64,000 nucleotides of DNA from an uncultured Syntrophomonadaceae bacterium (GTDB taxonomy: Bacteria > Bacillota > Dethiobacteria > DTU022): the NCBI GenBank assembly GCA_964420065.1, contig CAYQQK010000003.1:20478-84477 (forward strand), given 5' to 3'. Below, piece by piece: positions 27,686 to 36,696 of this stretch. Position 1 is the stretch's first letter. Each line of letters begins with the position of its first letter. The translations under genes and the position numbers were made by a program. The notes beneath the pieces were generated by a model that did no database searches, was not told where the DNA came from, and was given only the letters and a program-made list of their open reading frames with translations.

Positions 27686-29665
27686 ATGCGCGGCCAGATC
27701 CGGGGTCTGAACCAGGCCACGCGCAACGCCCAGGACGGCATTTCGCTGATCCAGACCGCGGAAGGGGCCTTGAACGAGACCCACTCGATCCTGCAGCGCA
27801 TGCGGGAACTGGCCGTGCAGGCGGCCAACGACACCCTCACCGCCTCGGATCGGCTCGAGATCCAGAAAGAGATCGACCAGCTCACCGGCGAAATAAACCG
27901 CATCGGCACCACCACCGAATTCAATACGAAGAAACTGCTCGACGGCACCACGGCGGCGCTGACCAGCACCAGTGACCTCAAGACCAAGGTCTACATGCGC
28001 GACGGCCTGCGCGTCATCGACCAGTTCGGCCAGAAAGCGGTCGGCGGGGGCAACTACAAGCTGGAGATCGAAGCCGACCCCGGAATCGGCCAGGTTCAGA
28101 AGACCGATATCATGAAGATCAAGCACGAGCATACGATCAAGGGACCGAATTGGGTCAACGTCGTGCACGTGGGAGAAGAAGGAGAAGAATTTAAAGGACT
28201 GCAAGGACTTTTTTTTGAGAACGAGTACGTTGAGCGAGCGATAATCGGATTCAACTGTTTAGATCCTGATAACTTCCAAGAAGAAGGTGCCTTCGAGGTA
28301 AGGGCTGAATACAGTGAATACTCACCTATCGATGGCAGCCCTGGTAGAACGCTGTCGGTCATTATTATTTTGGATGAGGACGAAAGTACCGAAGCGAATA
28401 TCGCAGAGATAATAGAGCAGATTTTTGATGATGCAATCGAGATTAAAGAGATGCCTGAAGGAACCAGCTTTACGATTAGCGATATTCTCGACGTGCGAGA
28501 GATCGGGCTCGGTGGGAAAATCAAACCGGCCCATATCAAGTTCGGAAATGAAGTCATTGCTGCCGTCCTGGACGAGCCTTTCACCGATACAGCCGCCACC
28601 GCCAACATTGGCGATGTCGCCGATCTGCAAACCCAGCTTTACGACATCGATCGTTTCTGGGATGCCAACGGCAATTTCCTGGTTGAAGATCCGCAGACGG
28701 TTACCCTGGTCCAGGGGGACGGCAACAAGACCTCTTTCACTATCTTCGGTTCCGACACCATCGGTGATGTGGTGAATAAGCTCAATGATGCGATCCATCA
28801 CGGGCTCGGACAGAACGCGATCAACGACAATGCCGGCGCGTATGTCAACTATGTCCCCGCCGAAGGTGAAGCCGCCAAAGGGTTTTTCTCCGTGGCGGGC
28901 ACCATGGTGATCCAGTCGGCCATAACCGGCAAGGACGGCGAGATCGCCTTTATCGGTGATGAGGGTGTGATCAATGCGCTCAGCCTGACCACCATCCAGA
29001 ATGCAAAAAATAATAATTTTACCGCAAATGTCCTTAATGCTCATAACACCGCTGAGGTTGTGGCCAAAGATGTAAACATTACCGGCAGCTTCCTTGTCGG
29101 CGTGGTCCATCCCAACGTGGACGTGAAATTCGACCCGATGACCGGTGTGAAAGTCAGTTTGGTTGAGGAAGGAAGCGATAACGCGGGCGCCTTTGCTTGG
29201 GCCCAGCAAACAACGGTTGAAAACGGAGAGATGTTTCCGTTGGTGGAAAATGTATACATCCACCTATCCGACAATACGATGGTCTTCCAGATCGGGGCCA
29301 ACCCGCTTCAAGACGTGGCTGCCTCCATCGGCGACATGCGCGCCGAGGCCCTGGGAGTGGATAATATTCTTGTCACGAACCGGGGGGTGGCCAACCGGGC
29401 CATCACCCAGGTGGACGGGGCCATCGGCCGGGTTTCCTCGGAGCGGGCCAAGCTGGGGGCGTTGCAGAACCGCCTTGAACATACCATCGCCAACCTGGGC
29501 GTGGCCGCGGAGAACCTGACCGCCGCCGAATCCCGCGTGCGGGACCTTGACTTTGCTTTGGAGATGGTCGAGTTTACCCGGAACCAGATCTTGATGCAGG
29601 CCGGGACCGCCATGCTGGCTCAGGCCAACCTGAAGCCGCAGTCCGTACTGATGCTGCTCGGATAG
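27686..29665 (+). CDS. Flagellin paralog lacking the conserved N-terminal ~46 residues (possible 5'-truncated pseudogene)
   Basis: Nearly identical to the downstream flagellin from codon ~47 ([18 protein letters not shown]...), divergent in the central domain, and nearly identical again in the C-terminal ~350 aa. Homology to the intact copy begins at ~27663. There is no promoter or UTR, and the frame runs on from the csrA stop codon. Confidence 0.6.
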   Translation: MRGQIRGLNQATRNAQDGISLIQTAEGALNETHSILQRMRELAVQAANDTLTASDRLEIQKEIDQLTGEINRIGTTTEFNTKKLLDGTTAALTSTSDLKTKVYMRDGLRVIDQFGQKAVGGGNYKLEIEADPGIGQVQKTDIMKIKHEHTIKGPNWVNVVHVGEEGEEFKGLQGLFFENEYVERAIIGFNCLDPDNFQEEGAFEVRAEYSEYSPIDGSPGRTLSVIIILDEDESTEANIAEIIEQIFDDAIEIKEMPEGTSFTISDILDVREIGLGGKIKPAHIKFGNEVIAAVLDEPFTDTAATANIGDVADLQTQLYDIDRFWDANGNFLVEDPQTVTLVQGDGNKTSFTIFGSDTIGDVVNKLNDAIHHGLGQNAINDNAGAYVNYVPAEGEAAKGFFSVAGTMVIQSAITGKDGEIAFIGDEGVINALSLTTIQNAKNNNFTANVLNAHNTAEVVAKDVNITGSFLVGVVHPNVDVKFDPMTGVKVSLVEEGSDNAGAFAWAQQTTVENGEMFPLVENVYIHLSDNTMVFQIGANPLQDVAASIGDMRAEALGVDNILVTNRGVANRAITQVDGAIGRVSSERAKLGALQNRLEHTIANLGVAAENLTAAESRVRDLDFALEMVEFTRNQILMQAGTAMLAQANLKPQSVLMLLG

Positions 29666-29739
29666 TCAGATCGGGTTAACCGGGCCGGGGATGTAAAGGG
29701 ATGGGAAAAGTGGAAACTAGAAACCGGCTCGAAAGAGGG

Positions 29740-29766
29740 TTAACATTTTGGGCGGGTTGACGATAA
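29740..29766 (+). promoter_or_regulatory. Candidate sigma-28 (FliA) promoter of the intact flagellin (TTAA-N15-GACGATAA)
   Basis: Resembles TAAA-N15-GCCGATAA with 2 mismatches, about 130 nt upstream of the ATG. Confidence 0.3.
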
Positions 29767-29858
29767 AAAAGTTAGAGCATCCGTTTCCTACCGAAACGGC
29801 CGTGGAAAGGAGGCCGGGATGACCGGACGGTGCGGCAAGAGACGGGGTTCAAAAAACG

Positions 29859-29892
29859 GCACGGAAGCCGGAATAATCAATCACGGAGGATT
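29859..29892 (+). promoter_or_regulatory. Two candidate CsrA-binding GGA sites in the flagellin 5' UTR, the second overlapping the SD
   Basis: cACGGAAGc and tcACGGAGGAtt are spaced about 20 nt apart. The second covers the GGAGGA SD of the ATG at 29898, analogous to hag BS1/BS2 in Bacillus subtilis. Confidence 0.35.
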
Positions 29893-29897
29893 GAACC

Positions 29898-31952
29898 ATG
29901 AGAATCAATACCAACCTGGCGGCGTTAAACGCCTACCGCAACTTGGTCAACACCGACAACCGTTTGAACAAGTCCCTTGAACGTCTCTCTTCGGGTCTGC
30001 GTATCAACCGCGCTGCGGACGATGCCGCCGGCCTGGCCATCAGCGAGAAGATGCGTGGCCAGATTCGGGGCCTGAACCAGGCCACGCGCAACGCCCAGGA
30101 CGGCATTTCGCTGATCCAGACCGCGGAAGGGGCCTTGAACGAGACCCACTCGATCCTGCAGCGCATGCGGGAACTGGCCGTGCAGGCGGCCAACGACACC
30201 CTCACCGCCTCGGATCGGCTCGAGATCCAGAAAGAGATCGACCAGCTCACCGGCGAAATAAACCGCATCGGCACCACCACCGAATTCAATACGAAGAAAC
30301 TGCTCGACGGCACTACTGCGGCCCTGACCAGCACCAGTGACCTCAAGACCAAGGTCTACATGCGCGACGGCCTGCGTGTCATCGACCAGTTCGGCCAAAA
30401 AGCGGTCGGCGGGGGCAACTACAAGCTGGAGATCCTGGCCGACCCGGGAATAGGCCAGGTCCAGAAGACCGATATCATGAAGGTCAAGCACGCCCATGAT
30501 GTCTGGACCTCGGAGTGGACCGGTGTCATCACCGGAGAAGAAGAATCTTTCCTGCAGGGGATTCTTTTGGAGAACGAGTACGGGATCGAAAATATCGCGA
30601 TCGAATTCGAAGCCGCGTCTGGTGAAAACCAAGAGACAGCAGCAGCAGCCGCGTACGATGATGAAAGTAAAACGGTCACGATCACAGTTACCTTGGGGAC
30701 GGACGGTGATGAGGCAACCTCCGCTACAGTTGCAGAGGTTTATGAGGCGATCACTGGCGTTACAGCTATTGATGATGCCGATTTTGGTATCAATGACATC
30801 CTTGGGCTAGAAGTAAACGAAGCACAAAGTACCGAGGTTTTAACCGCAGCACCCGATGATGTCACCCTGGAGGGCGGTTACCGGCATGTCGGCATCGGCG
30901 ATGTGGCCCACCTCGAAACCAAGCTCAACGATATCGATCGTTTCTGGGATGCCAACGGCAATTTCCTGGTTGAAGATCCGCAGACGATTACCCTGGTGCA
31001 AGGCGACGGTAGTAAGACCTCCTTTACTATCTTTGGTTCCGACACCATCGGTGATGTGGTGAATAAGCTCAATGATGCCATCCATCACGGGCTCGGACAG
31101 AACGCGATCAACGACAATGCCGGCGCGTATGTCAACTATGTCCCCGCCGAAAGTGAAACCACCAAAGGGTTTTTCTCCGTGGCGGGCACCATGGTGATCC
31201 AATCGGCCGTAACCGGCAAGGACGGAGAGATCGCCTTTATCGGCGATGAAGGGGTGATCAACGCGCTCAGCCTGACCACCATCCAATATGCGAAGGATAA
31301 CAACTTTACTGTTAAGGTAAGCAACGCTCACAACATCGAAGAGGTTGTGGCTGAAAATGTAAACATCACCGGCAGCTTCCTTGTCGGCGTGGTCCATCCC
31401 AATGTGGACGTGAAATTTGACCCGATGACCGGTGTGAAAGTCAGTTTGGTTGAGGAAGGAAGCGATAATGCGGGCGCCTTTGCTTGGGCCCAGCAAACAA
31501 CGGTTGAAAACGGAGAGACGCTTCCGTTGGTGGAAAATGTATACATCCACCTATCCGACAATACGATGGTCTTCCAGATCGGGGCCAACCCGTTGCAGGA
31601 TGTGGGCGCCTCCATCGGCGACATGCGCGCCGAGGCCCTCGGGGTGGATAACATCCTCGTTACCAATCGGGGGCTGGCCAACCGGGCCATCACCCAGGTG
31701 GACGGCGCCATCGGCCGGGTTTCCTCGGAGCGGGCCAAGCTGGGGGCGCTGCAGAACCGACTCGAGCATACCATCGCCAACCTGGGCGTGGCCGCGGAGA
31801 ACCTGACCGCTGCCGAATCCCGCGTGCGCGATCTCGACTTTGCTTTGGAGATGGTCGAGTTTACCCGGAACCAGATCTTGATGCAGGCCGGGACCGCCAT
31901 GCTGGCCCAGGCCAACCTCAAGCCGCAGGCCGTATTGATGCTGCTCGGGTAA
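29898..31952 (+). CDS. fliC: Flagellin (large, 684 aa, with hypervariable central domain)
   Basis: [16 protein letters not shown]...[17 protein letters not shown]-terminus and conserved C-terminal [16 protein letters not shown]. Confidence 0.95.
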   Translation: MRINTNLAALNAYRNLVNTDNRLNKSLERLSSGLRINRAADDAAGLAISEKMRGQIRGLNQATRNAQDGISLIQTAEGALNETHSILQRMRELAVQAANDTLTASDRLEIQKEIDQLTGEINRIGTTTEFNTKKLLDGTTAALTSTSDLKTKVYMRDGLRVIDQFGQKAVGGGNYKLEILADPGIGQVQKTDIMKVKHAHDVWTSEWTGVITGEEESFLQGILLENEYGIENIAIEFEAASGENQETAAAAAYDDESKTVTITVTLGTDGDEATSATVAEVYEAITGVTAIDDADFGINDILGLEVNEAQSTEVLTAAPDDVTLEGGYRHVGIGDVAHLETKLNDIDRFWDANGNFLVEDPQTITLVQGDGSKTSFTIFGSDTIGDVVNKLNDAIHHGLGQNAINDNAGAYVNYVPAESETTKGFFSVAGTMVIQSAVTGKDGEIAFIGDEGVINALSLTTIQYAKDNNFTVKVSNAHNIEEVVAENVNITGSFLVGVVHPNVDVKFDPMTGVKVSLVEEGSDNAGAFAWAQQTTVENGETLPLVENVYIHLSDNTMVFQIGANPLQDVGASIGDMRAEALGVDNILVTNRGLANRAITQVDGAIGRVSSERAKLGALQNRLEHTIANLGVAAENLTAAESRVRDLDFALEMVEFTRNQILMQAGTAMLAQANLKPQAVLMLLG

Positions 31953-31963
31953 ACGGGCCAGGT

Positions 31964-31995
31964 GAAACGGGGCCGGCCGGGACCGGCCCCGTTTC
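31964..31995 (+). terminator. Stem-loop terminator after the flagellin
   Basis: GAAACGGGGCCGG-ccggga-CCGGCCCCGTTTC forms a perfect 13-bp stem. The U-tract is weak. Confidence 0.45.
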
Positions 31996-32028
31996 CGGTC
32001 TAGGAAAACATCCCGGTAAAGCTCTATT

Positions 32029-32433
32029 TTGGACCGGAGGAAGGTGGAGGGTGTGAAGATCAACGAGATCGACCTGCTGGCGGCGGATCAGCTCCGGGAA
32101 AAAACTTCGCGCCGCGCGGTCAAACCGGCCGAGGGGGCTCAGTTTGATCAAAAGGTAAAGGAGAAGGAACAATCTGCAGCAAAAGTGCCTCCTGCCGACG
32201 GTAGTAAAAAGGCCGAAAGCCTGGACCGGGCCCTGCAGAAGCTGAACGATACCGCCCGGGCCTTTCAACTGCGCCTGCAATTTCAGAAACACCAGGCTTC
32301 GAATCGTTGGATGGTGCGGGTGGTCGACCCGCTCAGCGATCGGGTTCTGCGCGAGATCCCCCCGGAGCAAGTCCTGAACATTGTCGCCCAGATTCAGGAC
32401 CTGATCGGGATTCTCCTGGATGAAAAGTGCTGA
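32029..32433 (+). CDS. flaG: Flagellar protein FlaG
   Basis: C-terminal NRWMVRVVDPLSDRVLREIPPEQVLNIVAQIQDLIGILLDEK matches the FlaG family. The true start may be the GTG at ~32056, after a GGAGGAAGG RBS. Confidence 0.7.
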   Translation: MDRRKVEGVKINEIDLLAADQLREKTSRRAVKPAEGAQFDQKVKEKEQSAAKVPPADGSKKAESLDRALQKLNDTARAFQLRLQFQKHQASNRWMVRVVDPLSDRVLREIPPEQVLNIVAQIQDLIGILLDEKC

Positions 32434-32477
32434 AACGCTTCCCCGCAAGTAGCGGGGGTGGAAGGAGGAATTGAGGG

Positions 32478-34352
32478 ATGAGCCCCAGTGTCAGAGGGCT
32501 GGCTTCGGGTGTGGATATCAACAAGATTCTTGACGAGCTGATGGCGATTGAACGAAGGCCGATCGCCCGCAATGAAGCCCAGATCTCCCGGGCCGAGACC
32601 ATCGCCGGATTGTGGCGCGATCTGACCGTGCGCTTCGACGCCCTGCAGCGCAGCCTTCAGCCTCTGTTGAATCAGGCTACCTTTACCACTGCGGTTGCTT
32701 CCAGTTCGGACCCGGAACGGGTGCGGGTGGCCGTGACCGGACCGGCCGCTACCGGCAGCTACCGTTTGGAGATAGAGCGGCTTGCGACACGCCACGGCGT
32801 CGTTTCGGGCCCGGCGGAAGGGGGGGTGGGGTTGATCGACGATCCCGCTGCAGCCCTGGGCCTGCACGGCACCTTCACTCTGGCCCTGAGCCGTCCGCCC
32901 GAAGCGGTCGGGGAACTGTTTGTAGCGGGCGGGTGGCTGCAGGGCAGCCTTGCGACCGGGTACACCGCGGTGCTGGATGGTAACGCCGCCAGCGTGTATG
33001 CCCCGGCGATCGCGTCGCTGCAATTCGCCGAGGGATTTGAGGCCGGCCGGGAGATCCGGCTCTACCTGGAGGGGTTTACCGGAAGCGACGGTAAAGAGGC
33101 CTGGCAAGAACTGGCCGATTTTTACGGGACGGCAGGACTTCCGGATCCGGGCAATCCCCATGCGGTTATTGGTTGGGATGAGACAACGGCTACCTGGCAG
33201 CTCCTGGACCGGGAGGGTGCCCCTTTTTCCATAACGGGCGATCATCCCCGGGGAAACCTGGCCTTGCGGGCCGAGGTTGTCGGTGAAGGTGGCAACATTC
33301 TTGCCAGCCATCATTTTTCTTTCAAAATTGCCCAATCCTTTACCGCGGCCGGATGGATCACGGTCAAGGCCGAGGATAGCCTGCACCAGATCGCCGGTCG
33401 CATCAACGCCGTCGCCGACCTGACCGGGGTTACCGCCGGCGTGATCAAGCGGGTTGAAGGGGACTGGCGCTTGGTGCTGGAAAGCCGGATCGAGGGCGCG
33501 GCGGGGCAGATCCAGGGGCAACATCTTCTTCCCGCGGGGACGGGGATGGAAACGTATGGTGCGGATGCTATCCTTGAATGCCTCGGCCTGACCGTGCCGG
33601 GGGCGGTGGGCACATTTGTCCAGACTTTCCGGGAAGCCGCCGATGCCTGTTTCACCTTGAACGGGCTTCCGCTGGAACGCGCTTCCAACAGTGTGGCCGA
33701 CCTGATCGCGGGCCTGACTCTGACCCTGTGCGGCACCGGGGAGGTGCGACTGGAGGTGCAGCCTGACCGGGCCGTTCCGCGGGAAGCGATCGAACGCTTT
33801 GTCAATACCTACAACGAAGCCAATTCTCTGGTGCGGGCCATGCTCGAGGAGAAAACCGGGCCGTTGCAGGGGGATCCGACCCTGCTTCGTTTGGAAAGAC
33901 GCCTGCGCTCATTGGTCCACGGGCCGGTGACCACCGGCGGCGACATGCTTTTCCGCAGCCTGGCTGCACTGGGGATCACCTCCGAAAAGGAGAATACCGA
34001 AGGGTATCTTTATCTTGATGCGGCCCGGCTGGAGCGGGCCCTGGAGGAAAGTCCGGAGGCGGTGTTCAGCTTTTTTGCTTCTCCGGCCGGAACCGGCGGT
34101 CTGGCGCGGCAACTGGATCTGTTCACCACCCTGGTTACCGGGCGGGACGGGGTCATCCCCGGGCGGAGGGCTTATCTGGACCGTCAAATTGATCGTATGC
34201 GCAAGCAGATTGAAGCCTGGGAGGAACGGCTGGTCCGACGAGAAGCGAACCTGGTGCGTCGTTTCACCTTCATGGAACAGTACATCTCCCGGGTTCAGGA
34301 ACAGACCGGACTGCTGGCCACATTTGAAATGCAATGGCAAAAAGATCAGTAA
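32478..34352 (+). CDS. fliD: Flagellar filament cap protein FliD
   Basis: GLASGVDINKILDELMAIERRPI N-terminus; 624 aa. Confidence 0.9.
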   Translation: MSPSVRGLASGVDINKILDELMAIERRPIARNEAQISRAETIAGLWRDLTVRFDALQRSLQPLLNQATFTTAVASSSDPERVRVAVTGPAATGSYRLEIERLATRHGVVSGPAEGGVGLIDDPAAALGLHGTFTLALSRPPEAVGELFVAGGWLQGSLATGYTAVLDGNAASVYAPAIASLQFAEGFEAGREIRLYLEGFTGSDGKEAWQELADFYGTAGLPDPGNPHAVIGWDETTATWQLLDREGAPFSITGDHPRGNLALRAEVVGEGGNILASHHFSFKIAQSFTAAGWITVKAEDSLHQIAGRINAVADLTGVTAGVIKRVEGDWRLVLESRIEGAAGQIQGQHLLPAGTGMETYGADAILECLGLTVPGAVGTFVQTFREAADACFTLNGLPLERASNSVADLIAGLTLTLCGTGEVRLEVQPDRAVPREAIERFVNTYNEANSLVRAMLEEKTGPLQGDPTLLRLERRLRSLVHGPVTTGGDMLFRSLAALGITSEKENTEGYLYLDAARLERALEESPEAVFSFFASPAGTGGLARQLDLFTTLVTGRDGVIPGRRAYLDRQIDRMRKQIEAWEERLVRREANLVRRFTFMEQYISRVQEQTGLLATFEMQWQKDQ

Positions 34353-34386
34353 GCTCTTTTTTGTCTTCAAAAAGGTGGTTTTGAAG

Positions 34387-34782
34387 ATGGGCCTCTCGAA
34401 CAACCCGTACTTGAACTATCGCCGGAACCAGGTTGAAACGGCCGCCCCGGAAGAGCTGCTGTTGATGCTCTACCGTGGCGCGTTCTCCTTTATCCACCGT
34501 GCCCGGGAGGCGCTGGCCGCAGGGAACCTGCAGGAAACGAACCGCTTTCTCGGCCGGGCCCAGGATATACTGTGCGAACTGCTCGGTTCCCTGAACCCGG
34601 ATCTGCCGGAACTTTCCGGGAACCTGTTCCGCCTCTACGAGTACATCCATTATCTTCTCGTGCAGGCCAATCTATCCAAGGAAGCTGGTCCGTTGGATGA
34701 GGCCGAAAAACTGCTGGGGGTGCTGCAGGAAGCCTGGCAGGATGCCCTGGCCGCACCGTTGGCCGGAAATGGGCATCGTTAA
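34387..34782 (+). CDS. fliS: Flagellin-specific chaperone FliS
   Basis: MGLSNNPYLNYRRNQVETAAPEELLLMLYRGA... matches the FliS family. The ORF-track start at 34015 overlaps fliD. Confidence 0.85.
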   Translation: MGLSNNPYLNYRRNQVETAAPEELLLMLYRGAFSFIHRAREALAAGNLQETNRFLGRAQDILCELLGSLNPDLPELSGNLFRLYEYIHYLLVQANLSKEAGPLDEAEKLLGVLQEAWQDALAAPLAGNGHR

Positions 34783-35152
34783 GCGTTCCGGGCCGCGGCC
34801 GGAAGAAACCCTTTCGGCCGGGCGGACCCTGAAGGCACTGCACGAAGCGCTCCTGGCGGAGGAGACGGCGATCCGGGCCCGGGACCTGAACCGCCTCGCC
34901 CGGATCGGTGCCGATCTGCAGCGGCTTTTTATTCAGCTCCAGCAGGCCCGCCCGGAGCCGGCAGAAGCCGTCGCCCTGGCCGTCTTTTTGCAAGAAACAA
35001 CCCGCCTGCGTTCAAAAAACTTGCATTTACTCCGTTTGCTTCACGCCGAGGAAGCCGGAAAACGGCGTCTCCTGGAACGGGAAAAACTGTTTCTGCAAGT
35101 CTACCGGCCGGAAAAAGATGACAGCGCGACCCGCCTCTACAAGAAATGCTAG
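34769..35152 (+). CDS. Hypothetical helical protein at the FliT position
   Basis: 127 aa helical protein overlapping the fliS stop (ATG at 34769). Assigned by position after fliS, as in Bacillus. Confidence 0.3.
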   Translation: MGIVKRSGPRPEETLSAGRTLKALHEALLAEETAIRARDLNRLARIGADLQRLFIQLQQARPEPAEAVALAVFLQETTRLRSKNLHLLRLLHAEEAGKRRLLEREKLFLQVYRPEKDDSATRLYKKC

Positions 35153-35247
35153 GTATTCCCGAAAAAGACGAACAATGTCGAAACATTCACCCGTTGAGCA
35201 ACAGGTTTAAATTTTCTTACTTTACCGAAGAAATTTCAATTTTCCCC

Positions 35248-35276
35248 TTGCATTGTTTGGATTTCTATGTTATTAT
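35248..35276 (+). promoter_or_regulatory. Sigma-A type promoter (TTGCAT-N17-TATTAT) for the flgB operon
   Basis: Consensus-like -35/-10 elements lie just upstream of the riboswitch. Confidence 0.45.
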
Positions 35277-35295
35277 ATGTTGAAAATTGGTTTAA

Positions 35296-35376
35296 AGACC
35301 GAAAAGAGGGCAAACCCGTCGCAAGGCGGGGACGCAAAGCCACGGATCCGTTTCGGATTGCCAGGCTGCCGGTCGG
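35296..35376 (+). ncRNA. Cyclic-di-GMP-I (GEMM) riboswitch aptamer in the flgB leader
   Basis: P1 GACCG/CGGTC encloses AGGGCAAACC-CGTC-GCAA-GGCGGGGACGCAAAGCC ... GATTGCCAGGCTGCCGG, which matches the GEMM-I core. Confidence 0.75.
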
Positions 35377-35416
35377 AGAGAGGGGCCCCGGATCAAGGGC
35401 TCTTAAGACTTTCGAA

Positions 35417-35441
35417 AGGCAGCGCAAGCTGCCTTTTTTTT
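35417..35441 (+). terminator. Intrinsic terminator of the riboswitch expression platform
   Basis: GGCAGC-GCAA-GCTGCC followed by T8. Confidence 0.65.
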
Positions 35442-35478
35442 GTCTCCAGGAATGACGAAGAAAGGGGGGAAAAAAGTG

Positions 35479-35880
35479 ATGCTTTCCCGGAATAACAGGG
35501 TCATGGAGTGCTTGAACCGGAGTCTCGATGCGGCGGTGTTGCGCCAGCAGGTCACCGCTCATAACCTGGCCAACTTGAATACGCCGCGTTTCAAACGTTC
35601 CACCGTTATTTTTGAAAAATCCCTGCGGCAGGCTCTTGCGCAAACAAAAACCGGGCCGGTGACGACCCATCCGCTGCACCGGCCCGCCGGGAATGCTCTC
35701 CCTGAACCCCGGGTGCAAGTGGAACAACAGACGGCAGTACGGGTCGATGGGAACAATGTTGATCTGGAACGGGAAATGCTGGATCTGGTGATGAACCAGT
35801 TGCGTTATCAGGCCCTGGTCCGGCAGATCAACGGCCGTTGTGATGACTGGCGCTACGTCATTGCCGAGGGGAGGCGCTAA
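35479..35880 (+). CDS. flgB: Flagellar basal-body rod protein FlgB
   Basis: HNLANLNTPRFKR motif. The start lies after the terminator (RBS AAAGGGGGG); the ORF-track start at 35440 lies inside the terminator. Confidence 0.85.
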   Translation: MLSRNNRVMECLNRSLDAAVLRQQVTAHNLANLNTPRFKRSTVIFEKSLRQALAQTKTGPVTTHPLHRPAGNALPEPRVQVEQQTAVRVDGNNVDLEREMLDLVMNQLRYQALVRQINGRCDDWRYVIAEGRR

Positions 35881-35881
35881 A

Positions 35882-36337
35882 ATGGCCTTGTTTGAACTGT
35901 TTCATATCTCCGGTTCCGCACTCACGGCTGAAAAGCTGCGTCTGGAGGTTGTTTCCGGCAACCTGGCCAATATGACCACGACCCGTACCGCCGCAGGCGG
36001 TCCCTACCGGCGGCGTACAGTCGTTTTTGCCGAAAACCTGGCCACCTCAAGAAACGGTCCCGCCGTCTCCGCGCCGGTAAGCGGGACGACAGCCGGTCCC
36101 TTGGCCGGCCGGGGGGTTCGGGTCCAGGCTATCCTGGCGGATCACCGCTCTCCCCGGCTGGTCTACGATCCGGACCATCCTGATGCCGGGGAGGACGGTT
36201 ACGTGCCCTATCCGAACATAGACCTGGCCAAAGAAATTACCGATATGATGACCGCTTTGCGGTCCTACGAAGTCAGCTCTACCGCTATCGAAGCCGCCAA
36301 AACCATCTATCTTAAAACACTTGAAATCGGTCGCTAG
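35882..36337 (+). CDS. flgC: Flagellar basal-body rod protein FlgC
   Basis: MALFELFHISGSALTAEKLRLEVVSGNLANMTTT... matches FlgC. Confidence 0.9.
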   Translation: MALFELFHISGSALTAEKLRLEVVSGNLANMTTTRTAAGGPYRRRTVVFAENLATSRNGPAVSAPVSGTTAGPLAGRGVRVQAILADHRSPRLVYDPDHPDAGEDGYVPYPNIDLAKEITDMMTALRSYEVSSTAIEAAKTIYLKTLEIGR

Positions 36338-36357
36338 GGACGAAGGAGGGAACGGTT

Positions 36358-36663
36358 ATGCTCGGGACTGTTACGAATTGTCTCCCTGCTGTACAACCGG
36401 GAAGCGCGGTTGCGGGTGAAAAATCCAAAACGGCTGCAAACCCGACCTTTGCGGCCCGTTTGCAAGAGGCGTTGCAGGAGGTAAACCGGTTGCAGGTCGA
36501 GGCGGACAGGGCATCTCTTGGCCTGGCAACTGGTGACGGGCTTGAAGACCTGCATCACCTCATGATTGCCACCACCAGGGCGCAGTTGTCTTTGCAGCTC
36601 ACGGTTCAGGTCGTGAATAAAGTGCTCCAGGCATACCAGGAAATTTCACGGATGCAGGTTTAA
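36358..36663 (+). CDS. fliE: Flagellar hook-basal body protein FliE
   Basis: C-terminus LHHLMIATTRAQLSLQLTVQVVNKVLQAYQEISRMQV matches FliE. Confidence 0.8.
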   Translation: MLGTVTNCLPAVQPGSAVAGEKSKTAANPTFAARLQEALQEVNRLQVEADRASLGLATGDGLEDLHHLMIATTRAQLSLQLTVQVVNKVLQAYQEISRMQV

Positions 36664-36696
36664 GCGCATCAAATAACCAGGGGAACGGGTGAAAGC

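Noticed and set aside
28322-29263. 313-aa minus-strand ORF (and similar ones at 30840..31550-, 31328..31921-, 29925..30632-) inside the flagellin genes
   Set aside because: Antisense shadow ORFs of conserved, GC-biased flagellin coding sequence. They are duplicated only because the flagellins are duplicated.
32394-33524. 376-aa minus-strand ORF opposite fliD
   Set aside because: Antisense to a confidently identified FliD; Pro/Gly/Arg-rich shadow frame.
35440-35478. ORF-track start of flgB at 35440
   Set aside because: It would begin inside the riboswitch terminator T-tract. ATG 35479 or GTG 35476 follows an AAAGGGGGG RBS.
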